Source: Nemertoderma westbladi (Eukaryota; Animalia; Xenacoelomorpha). From it: a stretch of 64,000 bases of DNA. The notes beneath the pieces are model-generated. The model was not told the DNA's origin and made no database searches. It saw only the letters and a list, made by a program, of their open reading frames with translations. This document shows positions 39,497-49,547 of this stretch, piece by piece; the first letter of the stretch is position 1; every line of letters begins with the position of its first letter. The DNA lies in contig JAUCBJ010008603.1 of assembly GCA_032718475.1 (NCBI GenBank), forward strand, positions 1-64,000, in the 5' to 3' direction. A program made the position numbers and the translations under genes.

Positions 39497-40884
39497 GCTA
39501 CAATGGTTTCACTTGTTCCCATAAACATACCTGGTACAATGGTTTCACTTGTTCCCATAAACATACCTGGTACAATGGTTTCACTTGTTCCCATAAACAT
39601 ACCTGGTACAATGGTTTCACTTGTTCCCATAAACATACCTGGTACAATGGTTTCACTTGTTCCCATAAACATACCTGGTACAATGGTTTCACTTGTACCC
39701 ATAAACATACCTGGTATAATGGTTTCACTTGTTCCCATAAACATACCTGGTACAATGGTTTCACTTGTTCCCATAAACATACCTGGTACAATGGTTTCAC
39801 TTGTTCCCAAACATACCTGGTACAATGGTTTCGCTTGTTCCCATAAACATACCTGGTACAATGGTTTCACTTGTTCCCATAAACATACCTGGTACAATGG
39901 TTTCACTTGTACCCATAAACATACCTGGTACAATGGTTTCACTTGTTCCCATAAACATACCTGGTACAATGGTTTTACTTGTTCCCATAAACATACCTGG
40001 TACAATGGTTTCACTTGTACCCATAAACATACCTGGTACAATGGTTTCACTTGTTCCCAAACATACCTGGTACAATGGTTTCGCTTGTTCCCATAAACAT
40101 ACCTGGTACAATGGTTTCACTTGTTCCCATAAACATACCTGGTACAATGGTTTCACTTGTACCCATAAACATACCTGGTACAATGGTTTCACTTGTTCCC
40201 ATAAACATACCTGGTACAATGGTTTCACTTGTTCCCATAAACATACCTGGTACAATGGTTTCACTTGTACCCATAAACATACCTGGTACAATGGTTTTTC
40301 ACTTGTTCCCATAAACATACCTGGTACAATGGTTTCACTTGTTCCCATAAACATACCTGGTACAATGGTTTCACTTGTTCCCATAAACATACCTGGTACA
40401 ATGGTTTCACTTGTTACCATAAACATACCTGGTACAATGGTTTCACTTGTTCCCAAACATACCTGGTACATTGGTTTCACTTGTTCCCATAAACATACCT
40501 GGTACAATGGTTTCACTTGTTACCAAACATACCTGGTACAATGGTTTCACTTGTTCCCATAAACATACCTGGTACAATGGTTTCACTTGTTCCCATAAAC
40601 ATACCTGGTACAATGGTTTCACTTGTTCCCAAACATACCTGGTACAATGGTTTCGCTTGTTCCCATAAACATACCTGGTACAATGGTTTCACTTGTACCC
40701 ATAAACATACCTGGTACAATGGTTTCACTTGTACCCATAAACATACCTGGTACAATGGTTTCACTTGTACCCATAAACATACCTACCTGGTACAATGGTT
40801 TCACTTGTACCCATAAACATACCTGGTACAATGGTTTCACTTGTTCCCATAAACATACCTGGTACAATGGTTTTACTTGTTTCC
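39497..40884 (-). repeat. 36-bp minisatellite (~38 copies) filling ACE intron 3; unit copies the exon end plus donor
   Basis: Minus unit GGGAACAAGTGAAACCATTGTACCAG|GTATGTTTAT versus exon 3 end GGAAACAAGTAAAACCATTGTACCAG|gtatgt. Confidence 0.97.
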
Positions 40885-41010
40885 ATATATCCTCCACCAT
40901 TTCTTTCAGATTATCAACCTCGTAAACCCCTCGCCATACTTCCGACGCATCTGTGTAGTTTTGTGACGTAGCTCCTTTATTGCTTAGAGCTACCGACTCT
41001 ACATATAAGT
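40859..41010 (-). CDS. ACE: ACE-like exon 3
   Basis: atttag|(D)LYVESVALSNKGA..YTDASEVWRGVYE..VEDIWKQVKPLYQ|gtatgt. Confidence 0.92.
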
Positions 41011-41555
41011 CTAAATGAATAGATTAATGTTAAATATAGTTAAGTTATAAAGTTACGGTCACATAGAATTCGCAATCATTGTTTTAGTCAAGTTTGGGGT
41101 AAATCCTGTAACCATTGTGTGTTTAAAACATAACAGCTGTAGATAAACACCCCGGTAAACATGGTAACACGATTTACGATAAATGCTCAATCAAGGTTGT
41201 ATTGGAGACGGCGACACCCTCCTAAATATTGTTTAGTAGGGTCTAATGCGTACAAAACCGATGAAACATTTTATGGGTATAAAAAATCCGGTTCACCAAA
41301 TTCTATGGATTTTGCTGCCGGACTATAACTATGTGATCTTTCTTACCCTTCATAATATGATAATCTTCTAATGTACCAACAGCTGATTGTGCTTGGTGGT
41401 ATACAAATAAATGGTCGTAGAAATTTGTTAACAACAGTGTTAGAAATTATACTAATTATGAAATTTGCACAATAGACAAAGTATGTACCCAAACATTAAG
41501 TACCCATACATACCAAAACCTAAATAGTTATATATTGCTCAATAGCTTGATTTAC

Positions 41556-41691
41556 CTTTAAGCTTTGGTCCAGTGGCGTCCCTCCAACCTTGCCAATAGT
41601 ATAATAGTTTCTTGCAGTCCTTATCTGTGTTAAACATTAGCTCAATGTCAGGCTCACCCGGGATGCATTTGTGGCCACTTTTATTGCAAAC
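41556..41691 (-). CDS. ACE: ACE-like exon 2
   Basis: ttcag|VCNKSGHKCIPGEPDIE..LLYYWQGWRDATGPKLK G|gtaaat. Confidence 0.9.
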
Positions 41692-41810
41692 CTGAACCAA
41701 AAAACATTTCTATTATTTATTGTCCTTTTTATTTTAGGACAAGGTAGAAAAAAATAAAAAGTTTTACGAAAATTATTTTATATGTGTTTAACATCCATAG
41801 ATTGTATAAA

Positions 41811-41965
41811 TTAATAAGTAATTAAACAGGACTAAGGATGATCCAACGCTATAGCAAATGGAGCGGAAAAAATCAATTCGCTACCACGCTGGTGGCGAAT
41901 TGATTTTTTCCGCTTCATTTGCTATAGAGTTGGATCATCCTTAGTCCTGTTTAATTACTTATTAA
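41811..41965. repeat. Near-perfect ~155-bp palindrome (foldback/MITE-like)
   Basis: TTAATAAGTAATTAAACAGGACTAAGGATGATCCAAC..AATTCG / CGAATT..GTTGGATCATCCTTAGTCCTGTTTAATTACTTATTAA; ~70-bp arms with about 2 mismatches. Confidence 0.9.
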
Positions 41966-42321
41966 GTTTTACGAAAATATATAAGAAATAATAATATTTG
42001 CATATACACTTCGATCGAACACTCCGCTAGAAACTAGCTAATATTAATTTTCAACTACACACTATTTTATTGCACACTGCCTGAATTGCTCGTCCCAAAC
42101 CAAAATTAGTAAAATTTTCGTAATTATTATTTTATTCACCTTCGGTCTATTCTTGCTGTTAATTAAATATATAATATTTAACTAAATAGGCCTAACTAAG
42201 GCGTACTAGAAATAAGGATAGAGTTAAAAGTTGAGAGTAAAAGTTTAGTTCTAGAACGCCTTGTATATAACTAATATAAATAACAATGTAACATAATCTA
42301 TAAATAATTATATTTACTTAC

Positions 42322-42741
42322 CACAGCAGTACTAAACAATCTAGTCATATTGCTATCAATTTCTATTGCTCTCGCGATATCTTTGGGGTCGTTAAGTTTA
42401 CCGCCGTAGGTAATATCGTCTAACATCCTCGCTAAACTCCGATCCTTGTACCCATTCACGCCGGTAAACTTCTCCGCCTCATCGCGCAGTCTATTCTCCA
42501 CGGCGACGTGAGTTCTGCTGATATTCGCTAGAATTTCTTTGTTTTCCGGTGTCATATTCGATTGGAAGTTGAAATTAGCGAGAGAAGCTTCTCGGCTCTG
42601 GAGAGCAGATATCGTGTTGTACGACTTCAACCACAAACATGCTCGATTCTCTTCGGATGTGTCGTGTTTTTTACACTTAAACGACTCACATATCGGCGAT
42701 AGAAGTGTTAATACCACGATAATTCGCCTGATGTTGATCAT
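42322..42741 (-). CDS. ACE: ACE-like exon 1 with signal peptide
   Basis: MINIRRIIVVLTLLSPICES (signal-like)..ANFNFQSNMTPEN..MTRLFSTAV|gtaagt; phase 0 joins VC of exon 2. Confidence 0.85.
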
Positions 42742-43884
42742 TTTGGCGCAGTTGATGCCAGTTCTACTGACCTGGATAATATTTATTTGCGGGCCATCAA
42801 CTTAGGCCCCCCACTGATATAATAACGAACAAACAAAATATAACTATATATTATTTTAAACATAAATTATTAGCTAAATTGAGAGACAAACGAGGGATCT
42901 ATTACAAGTAGATATTTACTCCATAGAAACAAATAGAATTGAGTTCGGTATTCCTCTGAATTTATTCAGGCCTGTTACTGAACTGATAAACTCAAAGCTA
43001 GCATAATAATATACCAAAAATGACCAGAAATGATTCTTAAATTATTACTTTTTCGATCGAATATACCCAAAAATCGTGAGAAAAAGGGAGTATTTATTTT
43101 CTCTACGGAAAAGGACAGCATTGATTTTACTGTTTTCCCGGCGAAAAAGGTAAAATGAAATATTTTTGGTGGAATTTCTTAAATTATACAGTATTACATG
43201 TGTTGAAAGAGCATCGAAGTAGAAAAGGTTTGAACGTAATTTGGGCAAAATCCATTCACACACTCAAAAGTTATGGTAAATTTAGTGTCTGCGCGGCGAA
43301 CACCAAAACGGAACTCAATATCCAATATTGGTTTATGTTGTTAAGCGGCTCTCTAGTTACGTAATAAATATTCGAGAACACTAAATTATTTAACATTGAG
43401 TAAGGCAGCATCAGGAGTTGAAGAGTACAATAATATGAATCGCCGTAACTATGGAAGCAATATAGTAAAATACTGCAGTTCAATTTATTTTGTACCACTA
43501 TAATATCGCTCTATATCCTTTATAAAGAATTAAGCAGCAAAGTATTCTCTCGACCTATTCTCTTAACCTCGCTCGAGCTCGGTAAATAAAATGCCCCGAG
43601 AATAGTGAAAAAGTTTACCAAGTAATAAATAATTATATTATCTTTATAAAATGCAGATAAATACGCATCTCTTCCTAAAATGTTATGCTAATCCCCGTTT
43701 AGTATTTAATTATTATTTATACCTGACGTAATATTTTTTGACAAATATTATTAATTATTGCAAGTTCTTCCTTCTACGAATGGTAAATATTTACACGTAA
43801 AAAGTACAGTTTATGTCTTCCGATATATAAAGTTTTATAACAACCGAATGTTACGTTCTGGAAGACTATGGAAACTCATACGAA

Positions 43885-44022
43885 AACTAGTAAACTAGGC
43901 GGCTGATTCCAAAACTAAGGCGGCTGTTTCCAAAACTAAGGAGGTTGATTCCAAAACTAAGGCGGCTGATACCAAAACTAAGGCGGCTGTTTCCAAAACT
44001 AAGGCGGCTGATTCTAAAACTA
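43885..44022 (+). repeat. 21-bp tandem repeat, ~6 copies
   Basis: CCAAAACTAAGGCGGCTG(A/T)TT. Confidence 0.85.
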
Positions 44023-44865
44023 GACGCTGCCTTGGTCTCCCTTTCCCTAATATCACCTTCATCCATTCCATATGTGCAGTATTCTAAAATTATATTGAAA
44101 GGAAGAATAAAAAGCAAATAATTTGATTTGAAAAAACTATAACAAAATTAAGGCGGCTGATATCAAAACAAAAGTGACTGATACGCCACATACGGTATTA
44201 TTACTGGAACATCAGCAAAAAAGGGAAATAAAGCCTAGAAATAAATCTATCCACCCAATATATCCGCCATCTTTATTACAAAAATACTAATTTGTTTCCC
44301 TTGTATTCAAGTATTTGTTATTTAATCCTGCTGAATCGACGGTTATTTGTGGAATAAAAATGTTTATAAAACAATAATAAATCATCGTTTTAATACACTA
44401 TTAAACAAATTCCAATATAGGTCCCATTACTCTGTAGCTTTAATAAGAAATAGTTTAGTAGAATGGATAAGAAAACAGCAACCTTCTACCACTACAGGCC
44501 TACGTTGTTACCCATATTAAAAGGTAAGCTGTCATTATAACACAAAATGTGATTCAATTGCCAGCTGGCTCGCTCTTGGAGCGTAATATATAAGAGCACA
44601 CGACCTATGGAACCGGTATCCAATGAGTCTATATTGCACCTAGCTGTAATAGGCTCCACCATATGGAGGGGAGAGAGAGGCTTCCATTCATAAATAGCCA
44701 GTAGTATAAAGGATTCCATTGGGACATTGTTGTAAGTTCTATTGAATCTTACTTCTATTGAGTTCTATGGATTTCCCGACATCAACAGATGTCAATCCAA
44801 AATAATATCCCTCGGGTTCTCAATTATTTATTTACATAATTAATATACAATACTTTGGTCAGATA

Positions 44866-45678
44866 GGGGGGGGGGGGGGGGGGGGGGGATCTGGACGCAA
44901 TAAACATTCATCCCTCTCCAGGGGAAATTGGACGCAAATAACAGCTGTTTACGAGCAAAAATAGAACTGCAACCAGTTCTATTGTGTTTAGTTTATTGTT
45001 TATGATACAGACGTGCTATCCTGTTTTTTGCGCAGCTCCGCTTTGCAAATATGAAACAATTGTTTAACGGGTGAAAGTGCCTTGTAAAGAAGGCATATAT
45101 TTCAAAGGGTGAGGGTATATAGACCCAATGCATGCATAGTAATCATATATCATGCACATGAATAGCATGTATAGAAATATATAAACTGCACATCAATATT
45201 TAGAGATCAATAACCGAACCGTTAAACATCATTAAATAATTTACACTCAACCTTTATTACATTTTATGGAGGAAGAAAGGGGAGGTTGGTGGGTTAAAAT
45301 ATTCTGAATTCATCCGAAGGGTTGTAAGTTATCGGCTGTCAAGAAAGCCGAATAGATTGCTGCATAACCTTTGTTGTTTGATTTATACTGTATCCAGTAT
45401 AAGCAGTGACGGATAAGACTTGCTTTCCATTACACCACCTTGCGGCTTCTTTATTAATTTATATTCTACCCCGAGCGGATGCTCACGTTGCATCATAAAG
45501 TACATTGGGCTCAATATTCTACAATATCACCCAATAAATATTTTGGTTAAAATAACGTGCCACTGTAACCTGCTCCTTTCCCTAAATTGAGAATTTAACA
45601 TTGAGGCGGGACATTAATTCGCCAAGGCGGGTTTTGCGTCCAGCCCCCCTCCCCCCCCCCCCCCCCCCCCCTGTCTCA
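44866..45678. mobile_element. MITE-like element bounded by poly-G/poly-C inverted ends, related to 3916-4168
   Basis: G-run+ATCTGGACGCAA at left, TTGCGTCCAG+C-run at right; shares segments with 3916-4168 in opposite orientation. Confidence 0.45.
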
Positions 45679-45886
45679 CTTTGGTAATTAACACAATAAA
45701 TGCACCTTAATAGTTTGTAAGAAGTGTGACTCAATGTGTAGCTGCTACAATATTATTGATGCTTAGCTCAGAAAGGGGGAGTTTAAAACAAGCAAAGTTA
45801 AACATTCCACTAAATTTATTGCCTTTACAACCAATTCATAAACGACAATTCACCAGGAATAAATAAAGATTTGACTTTATTCAGCT

Positions 45887-48430
45887 ACAAATACATGGAC
45901 TGTAGTGAAATAAAGGAACAAATACATGGACTGTAGTGAAATAAAGGAACAAATACATGGACTGTAGTGAAATAAAGGAACAAATACATGGACTGTAGGG
46001 AAATAAAGGAACAAAGACATGGACTGTAGGGAAATAAAGGAACAAATACATGGACTGTAGGGAAATAAAGGAACAAATACATGGACTGTAGTGAAATAAA
46101 GGAACAAATACATGGACTGTAGGGAAATAAAGGAACAAATACATGGACTGTAGTGAAATAAAGGAACAAATACATGGACTGTAGTGAAATAAAGGAACAA
46201 ATACATGGACTGTAGTGAAATAAAGGAACAAATACATGGACTGTAGTGAAATAAAGGAACAAATACATGGACTGTAGTGAAATAAAGGAACAAATACATG
46301 GACTGTAGGGAAATAAAGGAACAAATACATGGACTGTAGGGAAATAAAGGAACAAATACATGGACTGTAGTGAAATAAAGGAACAAATACATGGACTGTA
46401 GTGAAATAAAGGAACAAATACATGGACTGTAGGGAAATAAAGGAACAAATACATGGACTGTAGTGAAATAAAGGAACAAATACATGGACTGTAGGGAAAT
46501 AAAGGAACAAATACATGGACTGTAGGGAAATAAAGGAACAAATACATGGACTGTAGTGAAATAAAGGAACAAATACATGGACTGTAGTGAAATAAAGGAA
46601 CAAATACATGGACTGTAGTGAAATAAAGGAACAAATACATGGACTGTAGGGAAATAAAGGAACAAATACATGGACTGTAGTGAAATAAAGGAACAAATAC
46701 ATGGACTGTAGGGAAATAAAGGAACAAATACATGGACTGTAGTGAAATAAAGGAACAAATACATGGACTGTAGTGGAAATAAAGGAACAAATACATGGAC
46801 TGTAGTGAAATAAAGGAACAAATACATGGACTGTAGTGAAATAAAGGAACAAATACATGGACTGTAGTGAAATAAAGGAACAAATACATGGACTGTAGTG
46901 AAATAAAGGAACAAATACATGGACTGTAGTGAAATAAAGGAACAAATACATGGACTGTAGTGAAATAAAGGAACAAATACATGGACTGTAGTGAAATAAA
47001 GGAACAAATACATGGACTGTAGTGAAATAAAGGAACAAATACATGGACTGTAGTGAAATAAAGGAACAAATACATGGACTGTAGTGAAATAAAGGAACAA
47101 ATACATGGACTGTAGGGAAATAAAGGAACAAATACATGGACTGTAGTGAAATAAAGGAACAAATACATGGACTGTAGGGAAATAAAGGAACAAATACATG
47201 GACTGTAGTGAAATAAAGGAACAAATACATGGACTGTAGTGAAATAAAGGAACAAATACATGGACTGTAGTGAAATAAAGGAACAAATACATGGACTGTA
47301 GTGAAATAAAGGAACAAATACATGGACTGTAGTGAAATAAAGGAACAAATACATGGACTGTAGTGAAATAAAGGAACAAATACATGGACTGTAGTGAAAT
47401 AAAGGAACAAATACATGGACTGTAGTGAAATAAAGGAACAAATACATGGACTGTAGTGAAATAAAGGAACAAATACATGGACTGTAGTGAAATAAAGGAA
47501 CAAATACATGGACTGTAGTGAAATAAAGGAACAAATACATGGACTGTAGTGAAATAAAGGAACAAATACATGGACTGTAGTGAAATAAAGGAACAAATAC
47601 ATGGACTGTAGTGAAATAAAGGAACAAATACATGGACTGTAGTGAAATAAAGGAACAAATACATGGACTGTAGTGAAATAAAGGAACAAATACATGGACT
47701 GTAGTGAAATAAAGGAACAAATACATGGACTGTAGTGAAATAAAGGAACAAATACATGGACTGTAGTGAAATAAAGGAACAAATACATGGACTGTAGGGA
47801 AATAAAGGAACAAATACATGGACTGTAGTGAAATAAAGGAACAAATACATGGACTGTAGTGAAATAAAGGAACAAATACATGGACTGTAGTGAAATAAAG
47901 GAACAAATACATGGACTGTAGTGAAATAAAGGAACAAATACATGGACTGTAGGGAAATAAAGGAACAAATACATGGACTGTAGTGAAATAAAGGAACAAA
48001 TACATGGACTGTAGTGAAATAAAGGAACAAATACATGGACTGTAGTGAAATAAAGGAACAAATACATGGACTGTAGGGAAATAAAGGAACAAATACATGG
48101 ACTGTAGGGAAATAAAGGAACAAATACATGGACTGTAGTGAAATAAAGGAACAAATACATGGACTGTAGTGAAATAAAGGAACAAATACATGGACTGTAG
48201 TGAAATAAAGGAACAAATACATGGACTGTAGGGAAATAAAGGAACAAATACATGGACTGTAGTGAAATAAAGGAACAAATACATGGACTGTAGTGAAATA
48301 AAGGAACAAATACATGGACTGTAGGGAAATAAAGGAACAAATACATGGACTGTAGTGAAATAAAGGAACAAATACATGGACTGTAGTGAAATAAAGGAAC
48401 AAATACATGGACTGTAGTGAAATAAAGGAA
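45887..48430. repeat. Highly homogeneous 31-bp minisatellite, ~82 copies
   Basis: Unit ACAAATACATGGACTGTAG(T/G)GAAATAAAGGA; essentially two variants. Confidence 0.98.
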
Positions 48431-48928
48431 AATTATTTTCCTAAAACTGCAGAATATTTGACAATGATCGAAATCAACATTATACTAAGTGATCGCGAGT
48501 ATATATGACCTACAGAACTATAGATACGACCCGCCATGCGCCCAGCTTTTGCAAAGCCCCTCAATTTAGTGGGCCAGTTATACTATAGTATCCGTGCTAC
48601 AATAGGTCTAACGGGTTGAGTGTAATTGGACCTAACTAAAATTATATCCTCTTTCAGTTGAGACAAATAAAAATTAAATTGGGTTTAATCCCGTAGTTTT
48701 AGAGATATGATGATTTCCTGTCACCCTTTTCAGCACGTTAGGAATTGAGAAATATTACTCAAAATACGCCACCCTTTAAAGACTTTGGTAACCAACCACA
48801 TTATTTGTTGGTGTTGAATAATTAATTATTAGTAATAATTTTGTGTCTATTAAAAATCTGTGTTTTGACTTAATCTAATTTACGATGATTGTTAATAATG
48901 AATTCAACACCCCAACAAATAATAATAT

Positions 48929-49467
48929 TGTTAGCTTATTCAATCCCGCCAACACCCCATAAAGTTGTAAGCCGATAAGCAATATTGGGAGCCACGAGAT
49001 TGGGCAATTAACCAACTCGTGCCATCCCAATAAGAGTGGGAAGGAAGCACACAATAGAGGGTCAGGGGCCAAACCCCTAACCCAGAGAGAACAGGTGGAG
49101 TGAACGGGAATACTCCACGGGGCGCCAACAAGGGTATTAACCAATCAGAGGGGGGGAATGGCATCGATTGAGTAGCAGTAAGGCCACCGTGCAATATAAC
49201 CAATAACCTATTAATCAGTGATTCAGTTATCTCAGTGCACCAGTGCTAGCGTAGGGTACAGCCAATTAGTTTAGTTAGGGGATCACGGGACTTTAGTTAC
49301 CGTATCCCGCCTACCGTATAATTCACAATATATCTATATCCTATAACCTATTATTATACACCGAACTTCAGAACTCAGTTATCTTTATTTCACTCTTATA
49401 CACGGCGGGGACGCGTGGACTAAATACCACATCGGATAAATCGGGATCCCTCCTGGATCCCGTCACA
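48929..49467 (+). repeat. 5' LTR
   Basis: TGTTAGCTTATTCAATCC..GGATCCCGTCACA; by eye ~9 substitutions plus 1 indel versus the 3' LTR. Confidence 0.95.
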
Positions 49468-49547
49468 GTAACTAAAGACGAGCTGCCGCCCCAGTTAAAC
49501 ACAAAGAACTCCACCCTAGCTAGCCGAACCATCAGCCACCAGACGAG

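Noticed and set aside
44500-44850. Possible solo LTR (TG start, TATA-like box)
   Set aside because: No matching TSD or second copy in the window.
4887-48408. Many long periodic ORFs (e.g. 7789-9489, 19540-21204, 28683-39237, 39367-40925, 45877-48408)
   Set aside because: They are translations of minisatellites, open in several frames at once, and mostly lie within introns of well-supported genes.
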